Of a stretch of DNA of 64,000 nucleotides, positions 34,923-47,864 are shown piece by piece. Position 1 is the stretch's first letter. Every line of letters begins with the position of its first letter. Below the pieces are notes generated by a model. That model did no database searches. It saw only the letters and a list, made by a program, of their open reading frames with translations, and was not told the origin of the DNA. This stretch comes from Takakia lepidozioides. Its lineage: Eukaryota > Plantae > Bryophyta. Location: NCBI GenBank assembly GCA_030704615.1, contig CM060731.1, positions 67,270,001 through 67,334,000 on the forward strand, in the 5' to 3' direction. A program made the position numbers and the translations under genes.

Positions 34923-36860
34923 CTTTCTACTGGTAGTCTCTTCTCCAAAATGACCTCCAGCCACTCCTTTATGAACTTCCTCCAAAACTTTATTTACTTC
35001 ATGGTGGTACAAGCATCGTTTAAGTACTCTATCAGGTCCTAGCTTATACATTCTGCCCCCTATCATAGTATAGGGTAAAGCCTTGATAGCTATTCTCTTC
35101 CTCTGCTCCTTCCCATAACTAGGTGGGCACTGACCATGAGTAAGGTAGTATCTGATTGGCCACTGCCAATCTAACCAATCATTTGCACTTCCCTGCACCT
35201 CCAGTGCAAATAAACTCGCATTAGGTAGTTGGTCGTCTACTCCTGTGGCGGGCTCTCCTGTCGATAGGCGTGACAAGTGATCTACCACAAGATGCAAACG
35301 GCCAGGCTTGTAAACAACTTCGAACTCAAACTCGTGCAAGATTATTAACCACCTTGCTATCCTTCCACTTATCAAAGGTTTGTTCACCAGATAAATCAGA
35401 GCTTGATGATCCACATAAAACATAAACTTTATTCCCAATAAGTAATGCCTGAATTTCTTGACTGCATAAATCATTGCCAATGCTTCTCTTTCAGTTGTGC
35501 TATAGTTCCTCTCAGCACTGTTCATCAACCTGCTAGCATAATACACAGGTGAATCTATGTTTCCTGTAACATTTTGGGCTAAAACTGCTCCCAATGCTTC
35601 TCCTGAGGCATCACAGTGAACATGAAACACTACATGCTAGTGGGGGTTAATTAGCACAGGTGTAGTTGTTACTGACAATGTAAGTTCCTCAAAAGCCTGT
35701 TGACATTCAGCTGTCCATGCAAACACTGCATCTTTATTCAAAAGCTTGCTCAATGGTGTTGCTATCTGTGCATACCGTCTGACAAATCTTCTGTAATAAC
35801 TGGTTTGTCCAAGGAATCTCCTTAGACTCTTAACATTTACTGGTGGTGGAGAGGCTTTAATGGCCTCTGTCTTTCTGGGATCCATAAGTAGTCCCCTCTT
35901 ACACACAATGTGTCCCAAAAGTACCCCTGAATTCACACAAAAAGTACACTTCAGGCCCAGACCTCTCATCTGCATCTGGCCAAACATAACTCCAATTTAT
36001 GCAAGTACTCATTCTTAGAGTTGTACACACTGAAATCATCTAAGAACACCTGCATGAAATCATCCAGATACTCATGGAAAGATTCACTTATCACTCTCTG
36101 AAAAGTTGTTGGTGCATTATTAAGTCCAAAAGACATGACTTTGTATGCATAAGCACCCCAGTCTGTGATGAAAGCTGTCTTTCCCTGGTCTTCTTCTGCC
36201 ACTTGCACTTGGTTATACCCACTGAAGCCATCCATGAATGAGTACATCTCATGGCCTGCCACAATGTCCAATACCGCTTCTGTGAATGGCAAAGGGAAAT
36301 GATCTTTCTTTGTACAAGCATTCAACTTCTTATAGTTCACACAAACTCTCAGTTTACCATTCTTCTTGGGAACTATCACAATGGGTGACAACCAAGTTGT
36401 ATACTCTATCGGGTATATAAACTTAGCCTCAGCCAACTTCTTGATCTCTTCCCCAACCTTCTGTGCATAGTTGGGATTCATTCTGTACCTTGCATGTTTG
36501 ATTGGTACTGACCCTGGTTCCAGTTCAATCTTATGCTGACAGATCTCAGGTGGTATCCCTTTCAAATCCTCATAGCTCCAAGCAAATACATCTCTGTATT
36601 TGATGAACAGACTCTTAGCTTCCTCAAAGAATTCTGGCTCCAAGTCAGCCCCTACTTTCACCATTCTCGGTTCCTCCTCAGTTCCCACATTCACTTCTCT
36701 CACCCGCTCATCAGCTGTGATTGTCCAACTAGTCACTACTTCATCCTGTAAACTCACAGTGGCTGGTTCTTCTAGGATTTCCATTTCTCCCTCTCTTTCT
36801 TCATAGAAATGTGGTGGGTAACTGCTTGTTTCACCCTCAATTGGTGTTGCTGTCACTACA
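34923..36860 (-). pseudogene. Family B RT - RNase H - integrase N-terminus (5'-truncated copy)
   Basis: ORFs 35966-36856 (RT, near-identical to 25152-26220), 35637-35987 and 34764-35630 (CDASG, YSTTEREALA, HKGVAGGHFG). Confidence 0.92.
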
Positions 36861-36861
36861 T

Positions 36862-37025
36862 TCGAGAGAGATGAGCCGCACGACTGACGTTCTCGTGAAG
36901 ATAAGACGGTTCAGGTGTCAAACTAAACTTGACACCTGACTTAATACTTGAACTAAATCCAAGTGTTAAATACAAATAACTAGATTTATTCTAGTTAGTT
37001 TCACACTGTGTTTATTTAACTTGAT
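36862..37025 (-). mobile_element. Divergent, truncated A-type terminal repeat of a sister family
   Basis: Reverse complement TATCAAGTTAAAT..GTGTGAAACTAACTAG..TTATCTTCACG..GGCTCATCTCTCTCGA is colinear with 14551-14714. Confidence 0.75.
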
Positions 37026-37045
37026 ACTCCAAACAAGAGATAGAC

Positions 37046-37570
37046 ATGCTGGAGGATGCTGGGTTTCGACTTCCAAGAGGCCCAACAGTCCTAACACCAA
37101 CATCATCTCGTGGTACGCCATCCGCATTCCCTACACGTCCACCACATGGGAACGACTGGCCAACGAAAAGGAATGGAAAACCGGTTCGTCGTGTTGAGGC
37201 AAGTGCAGATAACCAGTGCAAAATTGAGTCTGCGAGAACCCTGCAGTATCGGGTTACCCAAATTGTTAATGTCCCCCCTCCAGGCTATGGGTGGGTGTAC
37301 AGTATGGTGACTTCGGGATCGATTCTTCATGATAGGACTTATGAGATTACTATTGGGAATTTTCCTAATTGCACATGCCCGGACTTCGACAACACGATAA
37401 ACAGCTCCATTGGAAAGAGAGGTAAATTTGTCCCATACAAACATCTTTACTACATCTACATTCATAGGATGTTTTGTGATCCTCAACGAGACACATGCAT
37501 TCACCAATGCACAATGGGTCCCAATGACGTTCAAACACTTCTGCAGAGAGATAGGGTAGTTGACATCTGA
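37046..37570 (+). CDS. SWIM-type zinc-finger ORF fragment, probably transposon-derived
   Basis: YEITIGNFPNCTCPDF...VP[Y]KHLYYI matches CxCxnCxH with the third Cys mutated. Confidence 0.6.
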   Translation: MLEDAGFRLPRGPTVLTPTSSRGTPSAFPTRPPHGNDWPTKRNGKPVRRVEASADNQCKIESARTLQYRVTQIVNVPPPGYGWVYSMVTSGSILHDRTYEITIGNFPNCTCPDFDNTINSSIGKRGKFVPYKHLYYIYIHRMFCDPQRDTCIHQCTMGPNDVQTLLQRDRVVDI

Positions 37571-37624
37571 CGTGTTTTGTCGGAGTTCTGTATGTGTCAA
37601 TGACTCCACTTTGCTGAATTACTT

Positions 37625-38017
37625 TGATATGCTCCACTATCGCGAGTTCACCAATGTTTCTTAATTTGTCCACTATTGGAAATGAGACCAGTCACTCTTC
37701 ATGGATCCACTTTGATCAAGTAAACCCAAACCTTTCCCCATTTTTGGGCTTTTATTTATTTATATTTTTGTCTCTTATCGTATTTGGTGAAATTCCCATG
37801 TCTAAACAAGGCATGGGATTAAGATGTCGTTGACGACATCTTAATTCGTGCTTCCCTGAGCAGGATTACAGCTCCCCCCTATGGTTCTCTCCAGCCAATC
37901 TAATTTTATATGCTCCACTATCGCGAGTTCACCAATGTTTTAATATATCCACTAATGTAGTCAGTCTTCATGGATCCACTTTGTTCAAGTAAACCCATCC
38001 CTTTCTCCATTTTGGGG

Positions 38018-38089
<72 letters not shown>

Positions 38090-38600
38090 GATTTATCCTG
38101 TTTGGTGAAATTCCCATTTTCAAAGAGGGTAGAGGATTAAGATGTCGTTGACGACATCTTAATTCGTCATTCCCTGAGGAGGGTTACAACTTCCCCCTAT
38201 GGTTTTTTCCAGGCCAGATTTATTTTCTTGCAACGATTTCCATGCGTTCATTTATCATGCTGAGCATGCGATTTAAGATGTCAACCTTAATGCCTAGTGC
38301 ATGCGCTTGCTGATCCCTCACGAGACATTCATGGATCCACTTTGTTCAAGTAAACCCAAGCCTTTCTTCATTTTTGGGCTTACATATATATAGGGCAGGG
38401 GATTAAGATGTCGTTGACGACATCTTAATTCGTCATTCCCAGAGCAGGGTTTCAACTCCCCCTATGGTTTTTTCCAGGCCACATTTTTCTTCTTGCAATG
38501 ATTTTCATGGGTTCATTTCTCATGCCGAGCATGCGATTTAAGATGTCGTTGACGACACCTTAATGCTTGGTGCATGCGCTTGCTGATCCCACAGGAGACA
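37625..38600. repeat. Complex tandem array (~270-320-bp units) with repeated 28-bp palindrome and a (TA)n microsatellite
   Basis: ATTAAGATGTCGT-TG-ACGACATCTTAAT at 37818, 38136, 38402 and (degenerate) 38538; (TA)n at ~38020-38086. Confidence 0.85.
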
Positions 38601-38934
38601 TGCTCATACAGTCCTCCATAGTCCCCTCATCTGGACAACTTCTCATCCGTGCTTCATCCAACGTTCATCCATTACACTTTTACGTTCATCCCAAATCCAT
38701 TCATCCGTGGATGTATCATCGTGCATTCGTGCCACTTTGTCATCATGGAGCCTGTCTCTCTTCGGTCCGATGGAGCGGAGACTGCGTCTTTGCAGTGAAG
38801 TTGGCGTCCACGGAAATAGGCCCACTTGTCCCCACGGTTTTGGGGTCCGCAAGCGAAATTTGCTCACGCTTTGATTCTGCTCACGAATCCAGGAATCTGC
38901 TCACAGGTTCTGCTCATGGCTTTGCTGCCATCTT

Positions 38935-41900
38935 CGAAGAACTCCACAATAGGGTTGAAGACAGGCACAGTCACTGGTGCTGGTGCAGCAGTAGCTTGGG
39001 TGGACATTGTAATTGCTGTACCACTAGTCCCACTACTACTCGTGGAAGCTGTTGTTGCAGCTGCAGCTGCTGGTGCAGCTGCCGGTGTGGCTGCTGCCCT
39101 TGTGCCTCTAGTACCTCTAGTGATGGAGACATAGTCGGGTGACCAATACATCCTCCACTCCTCGATCTCAACATCATGCCCCCGCCTAAACTCATGGTAA
39201 TCATCCATGGACGGCCCCTCAAGGTGCTGAAATAGCCCCTTCCATGCCATAAAAAGCGTAAACAGTTGTGGATTGCGCATTTGCTGCAAGTCACACCAAC
39301 TATCAAATTCTTGGATAAAATCATCCAACTCAATGGTGCCCACCGCCCCAGAGTACCTTGGTGGTCCCTTGGTGGCTCCATACATCTCCTCCATTGTGTC
39401 CCACAAGAATGGCAAGGAAACAACTTGCATTGCCGGTGTAAGTCCTCCTGATTCACAATCCGAATCAGAACCTTCCGTAGAAGACATAGGAGGTGAAGGT
39501 GGCCTAAACCGCACACCTCGTCTCGTATACCCGCTAGTATCGCTAGTGCTCGTACCGGCACTTTCCTCGGCAACTAGTGGCACCTCCGTGTTGACAAACT
39601 GACACTCAACCGGTCATGAACATGTCCCTAACCCCTCTCCACAAGGTAACCGGGTAGAGAACCTGATGCGGCTTATGGTTTGGAATACTAGGTTCCTAAC
39701 ATAACCTGCACCTGCACCTGCATCCACCGCATGCACTCCTATGGTTGGCTGGTCATCACCTCCAACCTCACCACAGGAGAAACAAAGATGGTCTGATCGG
39801 TCATCAACCTAGCCTCACCATCGGCAGCATGCTCTAGGGTTGGATCGGCGATCAAGCCCGAATCAACCACCTATAAAATCAAGCGCCCATACAAAACTAG
39901 CATGGCGCACAATCAAGCATGCAGGTGTGGAGGGGATCCAAACACAAGAATGAAAACAACAACTCCCCCACACAAAAAACAACTCCACAGTGTCGCTCCT
40001 GCAACCCAGCCCAAACCCGGACTGACTCTTGCCTCCACCCACGGAAAGGTCTCGGCCTACAGAGAATGTGGAAAACTACAAGGAAGGGAAGCTAAAGCAA
40101 TGCCTATCCCCAGCACGCTCTCGTCCCAACACCCTTTTTTTTCCTCTCTTCTCTCACTTGCATGACCATGAGAGCATCCTGTAGACACTCCTCAAACCAC
40201 CCTCCACGAGCTCATGAAACTTGGCCTCCAAGGCCCCATGCAAGCCTCCACAGGGTCCGCCAGTGCCTCCTTATGTCCACCAGCCATTCCTCAGAATAGA
40301 ACCATCTCATGAAACCACACCATTCGCTGAAGGTTAAAAAATGGAGCAAATAAAGGTACATATAGGCCCCCAACAACCTTCTGTCCAAAGGAATTACCTG
40401 CAGGCTGGTCTCCCCCATAGTTAAGAATTGGGCTGAAAACCCGAAAAGATTACCTACAGGGAAGTAATCCCCTTTGTTAAAATGCAACAGGGAGGCAATT
40501 CCGACTTTTCTGCCGGATCAGCTAGCACAAAACCGTTGTTCTTCAGAGCCCAGCCTCCCCATCAAGGTCCCACGAATCGAGTGATTTTTATTTATTTATT
40601 TATTTTTTTTCACTCTGCCTATTCGCGGTCTTCCGTGGCTCTAACCGCCACGACTCCTCACAGCCCGCCCTAGGCACTCGTTGGCCAAGGGCTGCCCCCT
40701 GATACCCCGTGGTACCACGCCCACGAGCCTTCACGGCCCGCCATCCCCACGATCTGGTCACCGTGCCAACCCGTGGTGTCCGCACCACTGTTCCCACGGT
40801 CACGGTCAACGGTCACGGTCAACAGTCACGGCCTGGGCTCGTGGTGTCTCGTGATGCCGCCCCAACAGCCCATCACGGCCACTGTTCCCTGTGTTCCCTG
40901 GAACTCCCAACGAGTTCCCATGCGTTCCCGGACGTTCCCACACGTTCCCAAGCTCTTCCCGAGCTGGGGTTTGCTCCTGCGCCTGCAGCCGACGAGCTAT
41001 GGCTTCTGCAGAGCCATCAGCCCCGTCGCCCTGCACTCCTGAGCTCTCACGGCCCACTAGAAGCGCCCCCAACTCAACAAGCAAGCCATATGCTGCCCAA
41101 CAAGCTCCATTTTCTCCATAAAACTTAAAAAAACAAATCTGAAAATACACACTTTTACAACTTTGGTGTACCTGCAGTTCTACTGCACAATCCCTGGCTC
41201 TAGGACGCCTTGTTGCTGCCTTTCCAGCCCCTGCTCTTGCCACTCCAAGAGCCCTTGTGCTAGAGTTTTAAATTGAAACTTCCAACTCAAGCACATGCTG
41301 CTTCACAAGTGCATTGATTTGCACACAAGAGGGACCAGCCCCCTCTCTTCACTCATACCTCTTCATGAGCTTGGAGCTGAAGCTCCCAACGGGCTGCGAT
41401 GCATCCTCTCGCAGCTCCACTATTCGGCTGCTCCTCATCTACCCGTAACAACTAGTTTCGGGTAGAAATACCTAAAGCCGATTATATCATCTCCAACCTG
41501 CAACACGCTAGCTTCCCATGTGCAGCTCCTTAACTCGGCCTGCAGCTGAAGAAGACGACCACCAGTTCGCCCACTCGTGGCCAGTGTCTCCTCCGCTTCA
41601 CACTAGAAGCCCAAACTTGATTGCCATAGCGTTGAGCTATGCAACGCCGCTCTTCAACATAGGCTACCCGCCTCTCTATCCATTGCAAATCTGCAACCTG
41701 TTCGCCTTTGCACTCTATCCGCTTTGGATAGACTCATGCACAGATCCCTGCACTCTAGGCTAAACCGCTTCCCATGATCTGAAAACACAAGTGCTACAAC
41801 TAACTCAAACCTGGCACTCACAGACTCGAGCTGATCTTTCTCGAGTGATAATGAAAGAAATGATACAAGCACACAAGCTCTCTCAAACTCACATACTTGC

Positions 41901-42162
41901 ACATGAAAACATCACTCATATATTAAGTCAGGCCAAATGCACCCCACGCCATGGAGAATCCACACTACGGCGCCATAGCTAGACGCGGTGAGGCTCAACT
42001 CGAGAAAGATGAGCCCACCGCGATCTGCCGTTAAGATAACAACGCCAGGTGCCCAAACATATATTGGCCCCTGGATTGACACTTGGATCAATCCCAAATG
42101 TCAATATATAAAAGCTAGCTATTTCCTAGCTAACTTCACACTAGTGATAAAATAACTTGACA
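38935..42162 (-). mobile_element. Family A copy 3: A repeat, PBS, 5'UTR, gag N-terminus (3'-truncated)
   Basis: Reverse-complement homolog of 14551-17740. Terminus ..AATAACTTGACA at 42162, PBS at 41834-41845, gag ORF 38864-39583. Confidence 0.93.
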
Positions 42163-45109
42163 AATCCTACATCCAAAAGGAATGGGTGGGGGCTTGAAAA
42201 GTGACCTATTCATCCTTTTAGCCACAATGTGATTGCTTCTCAGGCGGAATTTCGCAATGCGAAATTATCCATGAGAGATTTGTTTTTTAAAAAAAAAAAC
42301 AAGGGAAAGGACCTTAAAGTTGAGGTGAAGCCTCACCGCCCACTCTCCCGCCTCTTATGGAGAAAAAGCCACGCCTATAGGGTAAAATGTTCATTAGGTA
42401 TAGGGGCTACTTGTTCTTTATGTGTTAGTTTCGCATAATTGTTAATTTCGTCAATTTCATTTCGCTGTGGAAATTTCCCGAGAATTTGGGGATTATGCCC
42501 TTGTGCTCCCGTGGGCATGCTCACTCGCTACCCAACCTCTGGCCCCTTTGGGGGGTGGGCCCTATTGAACAAAATGTACGAGTATTTTTTGCAAAACTCT
42601 GTAGCCACTCGTGCTCTCGGTTTCCAAATTTCTTAAAAAAGCACTGCCTGCCAAACAGAAAAATTTAAAATTTAAAAACAAAAACAAAATGCTAATGGTG
42701 TCAAAGTTGTACCTTTTAACCCCTAATTGCCCTAACCGATTAATTTTTCACCTGCAATCTAGATGGTTCCTTAAAAATTACAACAAACAAGACTGATTCC
42801 AGTTGTAGGCCATGGGGAGCTGATGGATGTTCCGGTAAGTTAGAGAAAACCATGGGTCAATTTGGCAGCAATTAGGCCATGTGGGTGAGAACACCTTAGA
42901 GTGCTGAGGTTGTGGTATCTTCACACACAACTTTGTGTTGGTTAAACTGTAAGAAATAATCTTCTGTGCAAGTTCAAGATGGATTTGGACCCCTTGCTTT
43001 GGACCTCACTCAGGTAAATCTCACCTGACCTGTTTGAAATGATGATACTTACCCACCTTCCCATTCTGACCCATTTAGGCGTGCGATTGGTAAGGCAGCA
43101 GAAAGGGGGACCTCACTTGGGAAGAAAGAGAGAGAACAGTATTTTGATTGTTGAGACCCGGCTGGTAGGTGTTGAAAAGCAAGCATATATTATGTACGTT
43201 TTCCTGGGGCAGTATTGTGCATTCTGAAAGTGGAAGTATCTAGTATCTACCCCACGTGAGTTACTCCTTATAACATGGGTGATACATTTTGATGCAATAT
43301 GTTAAGGTTGTAAGAGACTCTTGCATGCAGGGGCACCTGCATGAGAGAGCAGTGATTTAGGGTTTGCTCAGTGAGTCGTTTTCGAGGATAAATGAGTTGG
43401 GGCCCCAAACATGTTTCATGTCTGACAAACTAAATAGGAATTTTGTGAAAGGATTTATTCAAGTAAGCAAGAAGATTTAAGGGTTCCCTGTGAATCTTCA
43501 CCATGAGTACTAGTCATTCTGGATCATACTACCATCAGTTGAGGAATCTCAACATGAAATTGCTTCCCATGGCAATAGCAATGTGGTTACAGAGAAGGCT
43601 GGGATTGTCTGGGATTATTGAGTACAGCACTGCAATTTACAAGTGTCCCAAGTGGGCTGCCATTTCCACACCAGTCACACTGGAATAGGGCTCTAGCTGA
43701 GAGGTCTGATTAGAAAAAGCTGTCTTAATTTTCTTCAATAAGACCAAGCCTGATTTGACCAAGCCTGATTTGTGAAGATTATACTTTATACCAAAAGGAC
43801 ATGTTTCAGCAGTGGGGATATCGCAGTATCCCAGGCTCCAAGTAGTAAAGGATTAGAACATTGTCACCCTAATCCTAGAAGTCTCACCTTAGATGCCTCC
43901 ATGTATGTTTGCCTTGCCCTCACACAAGAGTGTGGCCGACAAGAGAGGAGGGATTATGCACAACCCTCGAAGGCAACACGTAAATGACTGGGTTCTCGTT
44001 CCCACGCATCAGGGTTGAAGACTGCTCCTTACGGGAGTCTTGTTTTGGAAAAAGGCCTGTTGACTTTGCCTTTACAACTCATCCCATGCGTGCTGGGCAA
44101 AATCTGTGTCTAAAGCATCTTTGGCCAGAACTGACACGACACTTTGAGCAACAGCTCAGAAAACATCCCTTCGCTGCAGTGTTTTGGCAGTGTAGAAATG
44201 AGCACTGAAAAGCCACAGGGACTTCAGGGAGGATGTGGGGGGGCTTGCGATAGGGGTGGTTATGACTTGAATTTTTCAATTTGGGGCGCGGGCGCCTTTC
44301 TTTCAGTTGTTGGGCGACATTTCCTGCGTAAGGAGGTAACAAACGTCAGCACAGTAAACTTTTTCACACGAAGCAGGCTACAGTAATCTAGACATGAACT
44401 ACACTTGTATGATCACACCTAATAGTTTGGTTCATGATAGAATCCTGTACTAGAACCAAATTCATTGAAACACAGATACCTGGCAATTGAAATAGAACAA
44501 CATGGTCAAATGAGAGTTTGTCATTTGGGTGACTGGACTATCACAAAATCTACGAGAATGCCACTCCTAGAGATTGTGTGCTCTGTCAGCATTTTTTGGC
44601 ATGTTCAGTCGGACGGTTCCTCCGTCCACAAATAAAGGAGAAGAGAGATTTGCACATACCTTTAAACCTTGAGTCACGGAAAAAGGCCTTGACAGCAGCT
44701 AGGGTGGTGCGGGCAGCAGCCCCACGTAGAATCTGCCAGTGCTGCCCTCCTCTTATCTTCATTCATAGAGCCATGGCTACACCCCACATTCATCTCTCAA
44801 ACCCCCATCTCTCTCTCTCTCCCTCTCTCAGTTTCTCTCTCCCTCATAGGCTACAGAAAACAAAGTCTTATGAGTACGTCTTTCTCTCATAGGCTCATTG
44901 CACACCACGTGCCAGCATGGTTGGCACTTATTTCCTTGATGAAATAGATTGTACTCATAAGACATTGTTTGCCGTAGCCTTGTGGCCATTGACCCCGCGC
45001 TCAGTTTGAGCGGGAACAAAAGGGACAGAACCTACCTCTGTCAGGGGCTGACGTTGGTAGTAAGACTTACCTTCATATATAGAATTAATCTGGGTTTTCC
45101 AGATATCCT

Positions 45110-45480
45110 CTAGATTCCCTTCACACAAGCGTCAATCTGCTGTGTGTGATTTGCCCAAAAACTAGGCCTCAGGAGGGCCTGGGCTTTTGGCTCAGCCTCG
45201 AGACTTTCAAAGTTGGTAAACAGGGGTACAGGCACAATTCCCTTGATAGAGTTGAAGAGAGCGTCTCTTTGGTGAGAGAACCCCGGACAGTGTATCAGAA
45301 AATGAATACTGTCTTCAGATTGCCCACACAACGGGCAATTGCACTCTCCCTTTCCTCTCTGCTTCTGTTTGCTGTTCAAAGGTAGGCTTCCTGCCCTGAG
45401 TTTAAATTTCAGTCTAGTGCCGAGAGTGGGTAGACCCTTGAGGTCATCCAAGATGTCCTCCCCCATGTCACTGACTGGAA
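45110..45480 (-). mobile_element. 3' fragment of a non-LTR retrotransposon ORF2 (C-terminal CCHC finger)
   Basis: KFKLRAGSLPL..CPLCGQSEDSIHFLIHCPGFSHQR. Confidence 0.7.
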
Positions 45481-46382
45481 ACAAGTTCAGGGAATGAAAT
45501 AGAAAGGAAAAAGATGACATAAGCATCAGTATAGAGGTGCACACAATTGAAGGTGGTTGACATTCATCACTGAATATGGCCACCTTCATGTGTGAGCAGC
45601 TGTGATATGCAGTGAAGTGAAAATGAGAGGGGCCAGGAAAGGGAGTAGACGTAGTTGGTGGTTAGGATTGTGACGCCATGCTTTGACATGCCTGTTGCAA
45701 TGACCTGGGGCCAACTGATAAAGAGGTGACTCAGAAGCAAGAGGGAGAAATGAAATGAAATGAAATGGTGCTTTATAACGTCCGCGGAAAGAGAGAGAAG
45801 CTTAAAACATCCACCAAAGAGAGGAAAAACTTCACTGCATATCAAAACCAGTAGTAGCTCAGAACAGAGGGAGCTATACTTTAGATCAGAGGGAGCTACT
45901 ACTGTCATTCGGAGACTACCCACACTTGACAGAGGCATTTGAGTGCTCGCCTCCTTAACTTCATGAGGCACTCTGTCTTTGCGCACCCATGTACACTTTA
46001 TTTTGTTATGGAATCCTTTTTTTTTATTTCATTGTTTGTTTGACACTCTTGGCCCATAAGCTCCTATGGATGTAATAAAGGTTTCTCTCTGTCTGTCTGT
46101 CTGTCTGTCTGTCTGCATAAGACAAACCTTCTAGGATCATCTTGGTAGGTTATCGATGCAAAAAATACGGCTGGTGAATGTGAATATGGTGAATGCAGAT
46201 TAGAAACCTTTACATAAGTACTGACATAACATGAAAAAAGCAAATCTCCTACCCAAGTGATCAATCCATCCAAAAGTCTGTACTAAGGATTTGGTAGCAT
46301 GGTGACAGTTGTGATTAAGAAACATACCATGAATAGTTTCCAGCACTTTGGCAAGAAGTATTTCATCGGAAGGACTTAGAAG

Positions 46383-47262
46383 CTACTTCTCAGCAATGCT
46401 AGGTGTGTCTCCTCCACTTGAATAACCATCACCGTCACTGTCACTGCTGTCACAGGGCACAATGACACAAGCTAAGAAACTTGACAATTCAATTGGTATG
46501 AGCTGTTCCAGATTCTCAGTCCCCTTCCTGAAAAGTGTAATGTCCCCAATACACCCCCCTCTCTCTCGCTCTCTCTCTCTCTCCGCGGACGTTATAAAGC
46601 ACCATTTTGATTTCATTTCCCCTCTTTAAAGTACCATTTCATTTCGTTTCATCTCTCTCTTCGCATGATGCCCAAAATTTCTTTCATTGTTTGTACGCTG
46701 ACAGGCTCTCGACTATGTTTATCTATGGGATGTCGACCAGAATCCACCAGTTTAGACTCAGATTTCTCATCCTCCTGCGCACTTTTCAGAAGTGGCTTGT
46801 TGTCCACTACAGCAGTTACTGGTGGCTCCAACATTACACCTTCTCCTGCACCCCCAAGTCGTCGCAAGCCTGAACTGTACACCTAGGGATCCACAAAAAT
46901 TCAACTTATTATTAATGCGAAAGGGCAATAGTTAGTGTACAAAGCCATGAACCTAAAATCCGAAAAAGACCTTATGCTAGTCAGAAAAGGTCCCTGCCAC
47001 TCCCTCACCCTAAAGACCATTTGAAGCATAAGGTGAAGCGTCCTGTAAATAAGCATCTGCTAACCTTCCGGTACGGATCAAGCTCAATGCCAGCGCTAAC
47101 AGCTGGCCCTCTGCTTGAAATAACACTCCGTCTAGACCGTAATGTAAATGTATCCCCAGTCTCATGACTTGACACATCTCTTGTTGTGTTTCCAACTTCC
47201 ATGCCCTCTGCAAGAATGCCACTATGCATTTGGCAGGTTAGCAAACCCCACTGCACTAACTG
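46383..47262 (-). other. Possible exons of an unidentified gene or pseudogene
   Basis: AG-preceded open segments at ~47260-47008, 46883-46660 and 46528-46383 (ends ..GGDTPSIAEK*). No recognisable domain. Confidence 0.25.
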
Positions 47263-47864
47263 CAAGAAATATCACCATGTGAGATATAATGAAGATGCAT
47301 ATGCATACTTAATTTGTCTGTTGCTCCCCAATATGAAAACGAAATGGGGCGGACAGGGTGAAGCAATCCAGAAGAACAGGCCTGCTAGTCCCAAGGATCT
47401 CTCAGTGAAAGACTACAAAGAAAAACTTGAGTCAGGATGGGTGCTCTACCATCAGTCTGAGTACCCTTGGTGTCAGGAACGCCAAGCCACACCTGGGAAT
47501 CAGGTAATTGGCCACAAGCATTCTCAGCATTATGCATCGGAGGTTACAACAAATGGTTAGAATTGCAGCTTCGAGAGGATCTTCCCATCGATAACTTGCA
47601 GTAGCTCCACGCTGTAAACCTTGTGAGCAAATCCGAAGTTACTTCACGAGTGAATCCAAATCCGCCCGCAATTGAATCCCCCGCCAGGTATACTGATTGG
47701 CACCGCATGTAACACGAAACCTGCTCTCGTGTGCTTTGGGTCTAGGAGCTTCATGAGAGAGCTCATAAGAGGGTACTTAGAATGTTGTTGAAAAAATGAA
47801 AAATTTGGCGTGGGTGGGTCCAAAGGACCCTTATTGTGTTTTTTTGTTTTGTTTTGTGAGGCCC

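Noticed and set aside
45745-46620. ~55-bp inverted pair (GAAATGGTGCTTTATAACGTCCGCGG) as MITE TIRs
   Set aside because: No TSD found. The pair is better explained as two short dispersed insertions in opposite orientation.
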